A stretch of DNA of 64,000 nt from Octopus vulgaris (lineage: Eukaryota): positions 41,788,001-41,852,000 of the forward strand of contig OX597830.1 in assembly GCA_951406725.2 (NCBI GenBank), read 5' to 3'. Positions 1 through 14,400 of this stretch are shown here, in pieces. The translations under genes and the position numbers were made by a program. The first letter of the stretch is position 1. Each line of letters begins with the position of its first letter. The notes beneath the pieces were generated by a model. The model saw nothing but the letters and a program-made list of their open reading frames with translations, had not been told where the DNA came from and made no database searches.

Positions 1-1079
1 ATCAAGAGGATGGGGGAAAAAAACCCTAATTCAACTAGAATCTGAAAAATTAACATCAGCTTTCTATCCAACGTGCTATCAAGATCTCACGAATAACAGC
101 AGCAGAATTCTTTCAAAGCCCACTGCTTACTTTCTGGCTTTTATTTTAAGACATGTCAGTCAGCTTTTTAACTACTACATGCAGCCAATGAAATTTCCCA
201 CAAGCACAATTCATTGTTGGGCGAAGCACTGTAAAAATATAGTAGAAGTCTTTCGTGTGGATTATTAAATGGACACAACGGCGATTTCTAGCAATTCCTG
301 CTGAAAATCCAGTTGACCAAATCGAAGAAGGTTGGCTATTGTTGGCCACATTAGAAACATTGTGATTATACATATATATTAGTATTATTTTAAAGAAACC
401 TTTACGATGGCACTACTTCCCAATTGAAAGAATTAAAGAAATCGTTTTCATTCTTCTCGAGTGATTCATCTGGATTGCAAGTCTACAATGAAATAAATTT
501 TATTTCAAAGCAAATGAACAAAAGACAAATTTATTGGCAACAATTAAAATCGGCCGCTTTCTCCAGTTAATAATGTTCATTCAGGACTTTAATAATCTAG
601 AAGAATGAGACATTGTGACAAAATTGGAGAGAAGATACAAGTAAAAGAAGAAAAAATATGAGAAGATTTCTGCAACATATTGAAAATGTTTTATTTTAAT
701 TAACTGTTAATTAAGGATTTGATTTATCATGAAACAAGGAATTGTTTCTGAAAGAGCATGAAGCACTTCCCTGATGGAATATTTTGAGTACAGGGAGAGA
801 GATGAAAATATGTAAAACAATTGTAGGAAAATATTGCAAAAAGCGAACTACTTGGCTTTAAAAGAACGATTTGAGTTTTATAGTGAAAGAAAGTAGATGT
901 TAAAAACGAGCTCAGCAATTGATTAGGGCCTTCCACTCGGATTACTATCTTCCCCCCATCATCAAGTGTTGCTGCTGCTGCTTCTTCTTGTGCTGACACC
1001 ACACCGACATGGCAGTCATTAGACGATTGTGGAAAAGTTGGGTTATTTAGCAGCTCTATATCACTGACGACGTTGAGTG

Positions 1080-1500
1080 GAGGAAGAGAAGGAAAGCGAG
1101 ACAGTGTGAGGAAGGGTGGGAATGAATGAGAGAGAGAGAGAAGATATAAAACAAGAGAGAGAATGATATAAAGCGAGAGAGTGGCAGCTTTTTATCGGCG
1201 ACGCTGAGTGAAAGAAGAGATAGAGAGTAAACGAGTGAGGGAAAGAAAGAAAGAATAAGAGCTATAATGAGAGTGTGACAGCAGCTGCTGCTACTACTCC
1301 CCTTTACCTACCGACCGAAACTCAGGCAGGCAGACAGCCAGCCAGCCAGAATGAGTAGATGCTTGAGTGAGATGCTCCGTTGGCTAGCATGACTGCTTCA
1401 TGAATATGTAAGCAGCACCAACAGGAACAATTTACCGTCGCCACTATTACTCTGCTGTTTCTGTTGGAACAGAGAGAGAGAGAAAGAGATAGAAACTAAT
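1080..1500 (+). promoter_or_regulatory. GA-rich putative promoter / first-exon region of the zinc-finger gene
   Basis: Purine-rich (GA)n tracts at 1080-1260 and 1471-1490, more CpGs than the introns downstream, POU-like ATGAATATGTAA at 1400-1411, followed by a good donor AG|GTAGGT at 1692/1693. TSS not determinable from sequence. Confidence 0.4.
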
Positions 1501-1692
1501 ATAATATTACTTCTTAGTCGACGATTAAAAGACAAACGAGAGTTTGAGTGCGAGGAGATATAAGGGATATTTAAAGAAACACCCTGGTCCTGCTGTTGTT
1601 TTCCTTCTCATTGCCAGCACCTTGCAACCAAACAATCTTATGGATGTCTACATGTTTACCAAGTTGCTTCCAAGAATCCTTTCCTTCTATAG
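1270..1692 (+). other. Putative non-coding first (5'UTR) exon of the zinc-finger gene; start approximate
   Basis: Donor ctatag|GTAGGT at 1693. The big coding exon starts at an acceptor (17315), so an upstream exon is required; this is the best candidate in the window. Confidence 0.4.
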
Positions 1693-4600
1693 GTAGGTAG
1701 TCAAAGTTTCTTTTCTTTCTGGTTTTCTTGAAGGTTGCTTCTGAAATCGGGAGACTTTTTTTCTGAAGGTAAAATAATGGAAGGGCAACTGCGAAGACTG
1801 CTATTGCTGGCTGCTTTGCCTTTTTGCTTTACTAGAAGGAGCTTCGACTATGTCGACCTGGCCATGTTCCACGTCTTTATTTCAAACAGATTTCGTCTTG
1901 CATGTTTGTTCGAAAATAAAATTTCGCCACACTCGAGGTCTTTTTCTCTTTATTTTATTGTGAGTATTGCCAGCCACATGCTTTCATATTTCTCAAACAA
2001 CTGCAGCATTATTTAAAAAGAAACAACAAACGAACGAACAAGCAAACAAAAACTTTTATAAGACCTCCGATCGCTTGATTTGTTGTCGGATAACGTTTGC
2101 ATGTATTTCATTTTTTAAAAAACCTGTAAAAGAAAAATAAAATAAATCGTTCCTCCTTTCTGTCTATACTATAAACCATTCTCCTGTTGCCCTTCCATCT
2201 GGAGAAGAGAGTTTTAAGGTATTTCTTCTAAGTTTTCAGATGTCTCCAACGGACTTTGTTTACATGTTTCTTACTTTCTTCCCAATAACTCTGCAAGATC
2301 TGATCGACATTGTTGCCTTATCTACGATCTCTCCCAAGAATTTCTAATCTAAAGATGAACCATTTCTCTCTACTCTTCATGTCTTTCTGTTCCTTATTTT
2401 ACCCCCGCTCTGTTTTCCACAAATGATTGGCAATTTTTTTCCCCTTTTTCTGTCATCGACAACACTTTGGTTATTATTAGTTTAAAAATAAATATACTTC
2501 TTCTTTCTCATTAATCCTTCACTTTGTTTAATGAACTCTTAATTACCGTCTGGTGCTTAATATTATATGCAGCAATCTTGATCATAAATTTAAGGAGGAC
2601 TGCTTTATACTCTCTGCCATCCAACCATAGTATGTCATTCGTCTTGTAGGTATTTTAAAAATAAACGGCGAGAAAGTGAAATGCTCAACATTCTTTTATT
2701 TTCGTGTTGGGCTGTTTTCTACCGGTTTAGGTCTTCTGATTGTTTCACCGAGGAGCAAAACAGCCATTGCTTAACTTTGTTTCTGATTCAACAATCTTCT
2801 TGTTTTTTGGATGTGAACGTCTACATACGCCTTCTTTTTCACTTGCCGTTGGTGCATAGAAAACATTTGTGTGTCTGTCTCTGTTTCTCTCTCTCTCTCT
2901 GCCTGTGTTGTGTGCTACTCTCCATGTCTTTGCTGATCGTCAAGAGTTGTGCTTGGCCACCATTGTCGCTTCTCTCTTATTGCTAATGTCGATAACGACA
3001 TTCTCTTTGCTGGCTCTTCTTATCATCAGACCATCGTTTGGCCACAACCATAGACTTGTTCTAACACGCTTATATATTTTCGAGAGCACTTGACGGATTT
3101 TAATAAAACAATTCCTGCTAATTCAATCCAGTAAATCAGTTAAATTTTTTTTTTAAATAACCAAAGAACTTTTGTAATTCCCTTTTACATAGTCTATAGC
3201 GCTACCAAGTTATTTTTTAATTTGCCTTTTGGAAATTTTTGCAATCGTAACTTCTTTTGTGTTATTTATTTATATATTTCTAACTATACCTCTCCGAAAG
3301 AACTTGTGTATGATTATAAAATGCGGGATTTTGTTACAATCGTGCTCTTGGCTTCGTGTGACCTTTACAAAACATACACACATGCGAAAATAAAACTTTG
3401 AGAAGACCAAACCATTGATGATACAATTTTGTTTGCTATACTCTTTAGTTTGTAATCGATGACCTATAGTAGTGCTATGGTATTGACCCAACAGATTGAA
3501 ATCTATTTCCACTTTTCTTGAGAGTCATGCAATGACATGTACCAATATTATCAGTTTTATTCCAAAAAACCTGTTATCGCATTGGAAAACAAACCAGCTG
3601 TTTCTTGCACATTATTTCTTTCAAGAACCTCTAAGACACTAAATCTACTCACAAACTGTTGTTTGCTGTTCTATTTTCGATCGAAATTATTAGGCAAGTA
3701 GCTTATTCATTAGTGCACCGCCGATTGAGTTAAGGGAAGCTTTCAGCTTTCTATGATGTGTATATACAATAATATGCTACAGTACAGTGCAGTTTGTTGG
3801 AGTGGCAATGTATCTATGGAGGGTGGAGGAGATTCTAGTGCAAACATTACTATACACACACCATTCTTCCTTCCTAAGTTCGAAGTTTATTCTGGTGCTA
3901 GTAAAGTAGATTAAAGTTAGTGAAAACTTATATGGACAGATCTGCTCTGTATGTGTATATATTATATTTGACGACTTTACCGGTTCAGTTCTATTTTGTT
4001 TACTTGTTAATTATGCATATTAATTTTCTTTTCATATAATATTCATTTTTTTTCTGTATAAGCAACGAACTTTTTTTTCGAAAAATTCCTAGTCCAGTCT
4101 ATTGACTGATTGTTAAGTAAGGAACCACCCATTCTTTAGCTGTCATACATGTGGTTTTGAACTTAATCTCCAAGCAACACATTTTAAAACCATTTTAAAT
4201 TGTTTCACAAGTTTTGGAAACTACATCCACCAGTGCGATTCGTAATTTCTTTGAAAGTTTATTTGGGCTTTGGAGATTGTATGGCCTTTTGTGGGTGTGG
4301 AGCAATGTTAATTTGTGCCTCTCGTGCTTCAGAAGCTAACATGCTAAAGCTTGCAACAAAGAAGTTATATCGCTGATCGCTATTCAAGAGATGTTCTCTA
4401 ATCGATTTCTCGTTTTTAAAAGATTAACAAAAGAATGCAGACCGATCCCGGTCGTGCAAAAAGAGGGTGATGTGTAGTTTTTTAGTTTTTTGTGGGGGGT
4501 CATTTCTGGTGTTTTCTATACTTTTTGCCGCAGCAACGCACTCGCAGCCATAGCATCAATAAAACTAGAACTGCATTTTTTGTGTGTGCCTGTATTATAA

Positions 4601-7293
4601 AAGCTAGTGTGGCGATGAATCCAGTCTTACAAACCCACTAAACCACTCAACATTTTCAAATGAAAAGCACTGGCTGAACGAACCCATACATTTTTTCCCC
4701 TTCTCACAACAAAGACACTTTTAATAATAATAATAATAATAATAAAAATCTCTGGAATTGATTCTTGCCGACACAGACCACCATCACCACCGTTTTTAAC
4801 CTAGTAAACTATCATTCAGTGTTGGTGTCTATCCTCCCTCTCTTTTAACCCAAGAACTACAATAATGGGCCAGAGAGTCTTCTATAGCATTAAGTGTTGC
4901 CTTTCACGTGAACAGTACCCCCCTCCAAAACGATTTCGATGCCTTTTCTGTTGCTGATCAACAAATAGCATTGTATGTGTGTAGTCGTCATTTAGGTTGA
5001 CATGTACTTTTTTTCTCTCGTTTTATTCGAGTTGCTGGTTTCAACCAATAAAGTAAGATTTCTTTCCTTTATATATATATATATATTGAAAATACAAATA
5101 TATTTACAAGTTCGGTTAATTATTTATGCGGTTCGTTACCTTACCAAGCCCCAAATTAGGTGCAGGTTGTGATCGTATCATCCCATTTATATATATATTT
5201 TAAGAAATATCAATTTACTTAAAGGAAGTGATTATTAATTACTTAATTAAATTAATGTCTCTACTCTCTTCATCGTGGATCATCTTCATAATTATCATCA
5301 TATGATGATATAGTGTTTGGATGAAAATTCAGATTGCATATCATTCTTCTTGATACTGATACATACACACAAACATGATGTCTACACACACATGCACACA
5401 CTAAGCTGTGTAACCTTCTAACTCTGGGAAAATCAGGCAATGAGATCTGGTTATTTTTCATAACTTATAATTAGTCACGATAAACAGTCGAGTTTCGTAG
5501 AACTGGTGAAGAGCATCAGGAAGCTTGATTGAGTAATGTGACCATTGCCAAGACAGTGGTTTTTGTAAATAATAAAAGATATAGATATGTTTTGATTGCT
5601 TTCAAATTCAGCCGTGTCTCATTTTCGTTCTTCTCACGTTTAGTGAAAACATATTTGTATTCATCTTTACAGCTATTGTTTGTTGGTAATCAAGTTTTTT
5701 GATGTCTTGAGAATTGCATATTGTACTTTTCATCAGATTTTAATACTTTGTTCTTTGTAACAAATCTAATTTGTTGATTTTACACACACACACACGTGTG
5801 CGTGCGTGTATTTACGTGCAGATTTGCATGTATGTATGTGTGTGTGTGTATGTATAAATATATAATGTATGTATGTTTGTATCTATATGTATAATTCACA
5901 ATTAATATACTGCATTGACTTCCATGTTTGATTTCAACCATCGTTAAAACTTGTTTAACGCCGTTGAAGGACAAGATTTCACCATTGGAAGTGTAACAGA
6001 TAATTATTGTTTATTCCATTTTTACAAAAAATATTACTTCCTGTACGATATGTTAATCGTAAATACATACATGGTCAGTTGTGTCTGACCATTGCTCTCG
6101 AACTTCTTGTCGAGCAAGTAAAAAGTCTTGGTTTTACTTAGAATTCGAATGGATTTTCGTGTTGACCAGTTACTGACTTTTGAACCGAGATCTAAACAAG
6201 ATTTCAATTGCTTTGGGATTTAGCCTCCTGTGTTTTGCTTTTTCGAAGACGATCGTTTATAAAGCACGTTAAATTTAATTTATCCTTTGAGATTTAACTT
6301 TCTGCCAGATGGTTACTGTAAGCTATTATAGTTCAAGTTTGATTTCAGTTATTGTACGAGATAAAAAATAGGCAAACAGAGGGAGGGACTTGATAGTCTT
6401 TGTGAGTGAAATTTTCACTGAGGTTTGTTTTTAAAAAAAATACTATAATTAGAGATATACATCAATAACAGAGCTGACGATAGATATACATTGGTGTGAA
6501 TTACACTTTAGATTCAACTGGTTAAAGTCAGAATGAATTTTTATTGTCATTTGCAAAAATCACTCGCCTACAGCGATCATATAGCGATATAGCTCACTTT
6601 GTGGTTAAACTACTAGATTTATAGTCTTTGGTTTACAAGCTGTCACTGGCAAAGTATATATTAGTTCCTTCAGTTGATCGAGTTGAAAATATACTTTGGC
6701 TACAGAAATTTAGAGACATTTCTTTGTATTACGCTTGAAAGTTTGAGAATGCAGCCAGTTTTCAGAACCACGATGTCAAATGAATCGCTGGTTTCATGTT
6801 GGTCACTTTTTTCTTCTTTCTATTAATGCTGTTTCGTTATGAGCTACAATTATTTGGTATTATTGGTTTTCAGAATCCTGAAGGTTAACATATGTAGAAC
6901 GAATACTTTTGTTGCAACATATAACAATACTATCCATTCTCTAATTTTTTTTCTCCAAACTATTATTAGCGAAGCCTGCATAATTTATTTTCACAGTTCA
7001 GATCTGCTGTCCGTCATGTGGCTCGCAAAAACCACATGTAGCTGCTTTTCGAGATTTGAGTGGTTTTCACAATTTCTTGGCAAAACTTTTTTTTTCTATT
7101 ACAAGTAAAATATAGAACATCTTAAAATATTCTTAAACACATCAATGAATGCATTCTAAATATTAAACTGAAGGATTAAATATTGCATACGTAATAAATT
7201 TCTTGGTAATAAACAATTTGTAATATTGATATAATAATAAATAAAACAATGCTTTTCTATCTCATTATTTTTTCTTCAATTTTTCTTTGACAG

Positions 7294-7432
7294 CTCTTAA
7301 GCGCGCACGCACATAGCGAACTAATATATATATGTAAATCTTAGATTAAGCGAACTTAACCATGTCTTTATCCTTCTCTATTTCGTGTTTTTCTACATTG
7401 TCTATTGATATCTTTCACACAGAAAATATCTG
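7294..7432 (+). other. Putative internal 5'UTR exon
   Basis: Polypyrimidine tract plus acceptor ttttctttgacAG at 7293 and strong donor TG|GTGAGT at 7433; alternative acceptor at 7422. Confidence 0.4.
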
Positions 7433-8339
7433 GTGAGTATGTCTAGCAGTTTTGTGTTGGGTTGCTGTCACTTAATGTGCGGTCTTTATTTCCAATACAT
7501 TCCATTTACAAAACAAAATGTGCTTATAGATTGATTGTTCGAATTCTTGGAATGTATAAATTCTCAACTAACCGGCTTTACAGCTATCAATTATTGCCAA
7601 ACGTTCAAACTTCACTTTTGCCTAATATAGTCTAATTTATTTAAGTCCCTACTCTGACTATGCGGCCTTCAAAACGAAATCTTGATAGGTGGATTGGAGT
7701 TCATCCAACTGAACTGAATTTTGCTAATAAACTAAAAAAGCAAACATGTCTTTATAAAACTTATGTTAAAGCTATATGCAGAGAAATCGTTTTCTCAGTT
7801 CAAAAGACTTGGATACAAAACGTTTTTGTACTCAATTCAACCCACTTCTAAAACGTGTAATGACTATTGATCTATCATTGTTTAATTCTATGACTTAAGA
7901 TTAGAGATATTGTAGCAGTTCTCTCACTAATTTATTTTGCCTCACAGAAGATGAGCTATTTGTAAACGTTCCTGAGAATTCACTTTTTCCTTCTCTTCTT
8001 AATAATTTTTAGTTTTTTTTTTAATAATGCAATTTTCCAATTTGGGCTTTTTATTGCATAACGAATCCTTAATTCATTGGTAAGAGAAGAGGCATGTTCA
8101 ATAATTATTGCTTTATAATTATAGCTTAAATTGTAAAGATAATGCTTATGAAGAACATGACCAAAGCCGTTTAGTTACAGAATCTTTAAAATTGTTTGTT
8201 TTCTTCTCTAAAGAATGATTTGTTTATTAATTAACTCTATTTTAAATTACACTGTTTGTGTGAGAACTGCTAAGATATCTAAAATTGAAGGCATATAAGA
8301 CTAGAAAGAAATTTTCATATATATATTTATATATTAGCT

Positions 8340-8550
8340 AGATCAAAAGACCTAAACTCATAGGGTCTTTTGATCTTGGTAATAATTTCTCTATCTCTGT
8401 TTATAACCGTTTGCAAATCTTGAACTATATTCTTCACTATTGAACAATGATCAATAGTGAAGACACCAGCTCATAAGATCTCTGGCATCCTTTTAGTCTG
8501 ACTGCTGTCTTCAGTAGACTAGCAATGGTTCTAGCTCTTACTTGAGAGCC
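8340..8550. other. Cluster of adjacent stem-loops
   Basis: Perfect 13-bp stems AGATCAAAAGACC/GGTCTTTTGATCT (8340-8376) and TCTTCACTATTGA/TCAATAGTGAAGA (8431-8463), bulged stem 8494-8521, short stem 8534-8549. Confidence 0.6.
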
Positions 8551-9189
8551 TCTGTTGTATATTAGAATACTACTGCTACTGTCTATGCCACTTTTGGCTG
8601 TTATCACCTTGGCTTAATATTCATCCATGTACTTTCTTCTCTTCCTTCCTATTTTTATTTTATTGCTTCCCTTCAAAAGGAAATTATCAGCATCCTCACG
8701 TGGAAAAATTTTAGAGTAAAGCTTTTACAGTGCTGCAAGTAATTTAGTGATCTCTCTCGTAAGGATAGTATGTGGTTTCTTTCTGAAGCAGAGCTATAGT
8801 GAGAGAAACACTATGGCCATGCAGAGAAATGTAGGTCACCTATGACAACAAAGTGAGGTATGAAGCCATACTAACATTTAAAGGCAGCTAATGGCTGTTT
8901 TATTTTCTATCTCACTACCATTCCATGCTTTAGTTGGGCTTACTACATCATACCAGTAGGATTTTCTTTCGTCTCCAATCTAAAGAGAACAGAAATTTGC
9001 CCAATCATATAACATTTCAACTAAACTTGTGAATGTTCCCAAGCTTCTTTATTTGACTAATATATTCAGAAAGCTTTTTTTTTTTACTTTCCAAAATTTA
9101 TTCATTATGTTCTTTTTAATATTCTTGTTTTAACTTTTCATGTATCAACTGCTCATACACAGATGACTAATTCTATACTGGTGTATTAA

Positions 9190-9410
9190 CCCTTTACCAC
9201 TTAGATTACTCTGTGAAGTGTAATACTTATTTATTCACATTGTTTTGAATATATCATGCATTATCTTGAAGCTTTGAGATTTCGATGAGGTGACTGTATA
9301 TTTTTAAAATGACATTGTAGGGTAGGTGCGAGAGGCTAGATATGACCAGTTTGAGCATAAAAGAAGTAGAATATTTGGGCCGGATATGGCTGGTTTAAAT
9401 ACTAAACGGT
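9190..9410. mobile_element. piggyBac-like MITE (TTAA|CCCTT...), degenerate right end
   Basis: TTAA-CCCTTTA start; internal sequence clearly homologous to the copy at 63272-63503. Confidence 0.6.
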
Positions 9411-11342
9411 TTAAATCCACTGCTTTTTTTTTTTATTATTAGTTTAATTTAGTTGCATTACCTCTGTATTGATGCAATGAAAGTATTGCTCCATAGCTGT
9501 TTCCACATCTATTTACCAATAATACTGGATTTCTGGTTAAAAGATGATTTTTAAACAATTCTTCTTCACTTAAATGGCTCATCATTATGTTTCACCTTCA
9601 TATTCAAGATTAATTTGGGCTTGAATTTCCTTCTCTTCATTTTGATTTTCTGTAGGCTTTTGTGACCATATTTTCCAGTTTTTCACCCCCACCCCCCAAT
9701 CTTAATTCCTTACTTCTTGCCTAAACTGTTCCAGTGCAGTAGTTTTCTTAATCCATTCTTTCTCACCTCAGATCTCTGTCATTACTGTTTAATTATGTCT
9801 TTCTTGGAAATAACTCATTGACGCTTCTTGTTTCTTTGTGGATGTTTTTAAGCTGAATACTGCTCTTTTGAACTTTTGTATTTCAGAGAATTGTAATTTT
9901 TTTCATTTGTTCTACTTGCTGCTTGAAAATGTTTCTAACATACATTTATTTCCCTTAGCCTATCTTTTGAACACAAAGAGACCTTCAGTGATAATATAAA
10001 GGAAATCCTTCCCACATCACTCAGAAAGCTTGCTTAAATATAACAGCTACTACTTGCCTGCTCTCTCTTTGCATAGATCAAGTTACCTAGGTAACAGATT
10101 ATCTACTCCCTCCAAAGTTTTACAAAATTGAACATCTTGCACAGGTTTTATCTAAATGTTAAAATATTTGAAAGTGTATAAAAGTATCAATAAATAGAAT
10201 GAAGTTTGGCATGCATATATATATATATATATATATTGATTGATAGATATATTGATAGATAGATATAGATATTTCAGTATATTAAATGAAGTTTAATGTT
10301 GCCCCTTCCTTTCATTGTAATACTGTTTTTGTGCAGTTAGCAAGGAAATATTAAATATTGATGCACAAATTCCCTTCCAGGCATTATTAAGTATAGATTA
10401 AGGTTAGTTAGGTTGTAAGGGAAAGTCTCTTGAGGCAGCTGCAGCTCTGACAATAGTTGTAAAATAGGTAAATGTTGCTTATAATGCAAACACCTAGCTT
10501 AAACAATTTATCAGGATTATGTCATTAACTTATCTCCTTTCATTTTCTTCTTACAATTTGCATCAAATAGCCATTGTTACAGTTTAACTATAGATTCAGT
10601 GTTTAACTACAAAGGTGCCTAGCTTACTAACTGTAAAAATATGCAAAGGTACACTAGTTTGTTGGCATCAGATGCTACTTGCATTTGCACCTTCTCCAAG
10701 AATAGTTGCTAAATATTTGTTTATACAAATTCATATATACTTCCTTGCATTGTAAAATGGCTATAAATGCGCTGAAGGTAAAAATTTTCAAAACCAGTTT
10801 TTGTAGTAATAGTTACTTAATATCTTAAAAATCTTTGTGTGGATTTTAGTGTGAAATAAAACTGTTTTGTACTTTTGATGCTATCAATACAGCTCTCCCT
10901 ATTTAATTTTTTTATTCCATTGACATGAATATATATTTTTAAATTCAAATATAAAATAAAGATATATATATATATAGTGTTTTGCTTAGAAGCATGATTT
11001 TTTTGACTTGAGGTAAATAAACAAACTACCCCTAATCCTTGTTAGAGTATCCATGTAAATGGAGTCAGGACAGGCTTGTTTGTGCTTGCATCAAGTCCTA
11101 CAATAATTTGTAATGATGAAGTCAAACCAGATAATGATATTTTGAAAGCATTTAATATGTGTATTTCATAGGAAATTACATCCCTTCATGTAAAACTTTC
11201 AGTTAATACTTTTCAAAATATCTTGAAACGAACTGAAGAAGGCTTTGTGTGAGGGGATGTATTTCCTATTATAAATTCTGCAAGATCTGAAACCTGTATT
11301 AAATGCCTCCAAAATATCATTATTTAGTTTGGCTTCATTAGT

Positions 11343-11346
<4 letters not shown>

Positions 11347-11399
<53 letters not shown>
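11347..11399. repeat. (TA)n microsatellite
   Basis: About 26 perfect AT units. Confidence 0.95.
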
Positions 11400-11402
<3 letters not shown>

Positions 11403-14400
11403 CTTTAGCAAGACTAATATTAACTGTGACCTCAAGTTTTCGGCCTGCTTAGCCTTTCTTGATGTAAAATAGTTCTTTTTTATTATAACTTGATATAAAA
11501 ACATTTGTATGTGTGTGTGTTTGAGAATATGTAGGTCATTGTTCTGCATGTATGTATAATTTAGATGGCTTTGCAAAAATTTATAAATGCCTGAATATTT
11601 TGAACAATATTTTTATTCTTGGATGTCATTTTCAATGGCAAGTGGTATGGGTTATCTGGTAAACCATTCCACTAGGTTAACTGAAATATGTACAAATAAT
11701 TCACCATTGTCTATAGTTGAACTTTGTACTTAAGAGTTTGTGAACAAGCTTTATAATTTCATTGTATCTCACTTTGTTTTTGGTAATATGGACTACTTTG
11801 GATAATCAAAACCATTTAAAACAACAACAACAAAAAGTCCTGCTACTCCCTTCTCTGTTGACCTTTTTTTTATAAGGTCATCAAGAAATGCATACAATGG
11901 CAAGTGATATTTGTATGACCACATGGTCTTAGGTATAAATCTTCTTGTGTAGTGTTTGTCCCCTGAGCAAGGTACTCTACTTGTTCTAATTTCTCTGAAT
12001 TAAAAAAGGGGAATGATTTTACATTGACATACAAGACTATGATAGTAGTAGTAGCAGCAGCAAAAGTAGTAGTAGACTAACTTGGCTTGCAAAGTGCTAA
12101 GTTCTTTGTAACATTTAGTTACATCTTTTTCAGTTTTGAGTTAAATATTTGATAGGGTTGACTTTGCTTTTCATCCTTCTCAGATTGATAAATTAATATT
12201 TGTAATATAACGAAGTTGATTTAATCAACCATATCTCTCCTTACAAAGTATTTGGTGATGGCCTAATCAGAAATCAATAAATATGATTATTAAATTTATT
12301 GCAACAGTTTAGTTTCGACTATATACATAATATATGTGTGAAGGCTAAGATGTAATTTATTGTGGGTTTATCAAAGTCTATCTTGGAAATGTCCTGAGAT
12401 GTTGCTTTAAACTTGTACATTCCTCAATGAATCCTGGTAACATACAAGTCTGAAGTGGGAGATTCTGGTTTCTAGCTGCATCTTTCTTTAGCTGTATAAA
12501 ACAAGATATCTGTTGATTGTCTTATAAAGAATATTTATATCTATAGCTGACATCATAAACAATAGAATTTTCTGTAGTGTTTTTTTTTAATGAGGTAGTG
12601 GTTTTGAGAAAGTTTATTTCATTCCATTTATTTAATACTACATGGATAAGTGCAATGAACAGACTAGTTAATGATGTGTACATACTATTTACCTATAATT
12701 CAAGCCTTGTTAAGTTCATTGTCATGCCTGAAGGCCATTCTTTTGCCACAATAAATTTGTCCATCATGATTGAATAGATGGTGTTAGGGAAAATATCTAA
12801 TTGTCTTTCTTTTCCTCTTTCTCTCACTAGATATCATATTTTTCAGTATACAAGTCAACGTAGTATATAGTGTAAACATTCAAACATCCCTATTCTTCCA
12901 AATCCTGCTGCATTCTACATGGAATTTTTGATCCTCCAAAGTCGTCTTGGTGTAATAAGTTGACCTACCTTTTGGACCATAAATTTTGGTCTGAAAAATT
13001 TGACTAGTATGCCAGAGAAAACAGTAGATAAATGATAAATGATATTTTTTAGAAATATTCAGTAACCTGGAACAAATGAAAAAATCCTTACAAACAATTG
13101 AAAGGAGAAAGATGATCCTGAAACTGATGTGTTTTGAGAAGGAGCAAAAGTTCCAGTTTGAATTTAGAACATTACTGGTTAAATACCTTTTATCCAGGGG
13201 GCATTTGCTGTTTATTATGGTTCTAAAAAATTTTTTTAAACATGAAATCTTCAACTGTTAAATTTGTGATAGCTGTTGTAGTTGCAAATTTGCTCCTTTA
13301 CATTCAGCTATCTTTATTAAGTGTACAAACTGATTGTTGGTGGTGTATGTGCGTCTGTCTGCTAGGATGGTGGTGAGTGAAGTGACTGACGAATCATCAG
13401 TGTCTTGTTGTAGTAGGTTCTTAAAAATATAAATTGGTGATACGAAAATTGGATTTTGTTACTGAAAAATACTCAATGGCTGTGAGCTTGCTGAATCATA
13501 AGAGCATCATTATAAAAAAATTACCTTGCTCTATTACACTCATCTGAGGTCAGCTTAGCCTTTCATCTCACAGGGGTTCATCAAATAACATACCAGTCAA
13601 GTACTTGGTTAATAATATTGACTGCCCCCCAATTTGTACCTGGCCTTGTAACTAAATTAATTACAATTATTGAAAGTGGCACAGAATATTTGGTCTTGAA
13701 GTTGTGTTAGGTAAACCTGGCAAAAATTAAGAGGTTAATGTGTATGTATGTTACATATGAGAGACAGAGAACATTGATTAGGTTATAATTAGCACTACTA
13801 CTTATAGAATTCAATACAGATTGATTGTCGGAAGAAATTCATCGTTGGAATTGAAGGGTTCAGTGCCTCACAATGACCAGCGTTTTCAGCCTGGATACGG
13901 GAATCTTTGATTTGACTGAAGATTCTTGCATATAGAGTTAAACTGCATTTCAATTCCTACAATAAAAATATATTTATAAAAACACTCATACCTACATCCT
14001 TACATATATGCACATATATCTGACTGGCAGCCATCAGAATCATCAACTGTGAATGAATAAACTCAAGTATCGAGTAATTTTTCTCATGTTTGTATATTTG
14101 AACATGTGTCTGTTTAAAATATAGCAAAGTGGTGTTTATTTGAATATGGTGAAAATTTGGTGTTATCATTTCTTGGTTTGTATTAGGTTCCTTGGTGCAC
14201 TACTGGTTGGAAAGTGATTTATACCAGGAAAGAATTTCAGTTTTTGAATAGCAAGATTGGCAGGAATATAATGACATAATGGGATTAATTTTATGTCTGT
14301 TATGAGTTGTTTAATTATCATAGCAGTGACTTGGGAAAGCTGGAAAGCTTTCATATGATTGTGTTGGCAGTGATATAAAGTATGACTACAAGGTCGAACA

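Noticed and set aside
1411-1432. RE1/NRSE-like site (CAGCACC) suggesting autoregulation
   Set aside because: Only the left half-site matches; right half GGACAG absent.
10082-10095. 14-bp palindrome GTTACCTAGGTAAC
   Set aside because: A few palindromes of this size are expected by chance in 64 kb; no supporting context.
11199-11576. 125-aa ORF with YI repeats
   Set aside because: Open frame caused by the (TA)n microsatellite.
12880-13261. Overlapping ORFs at 12.9-13.3 kb
   Set aside because: No recognisable domain or consistent splice sites; the zinc-finger ATG already has an upstream in-frame stop.
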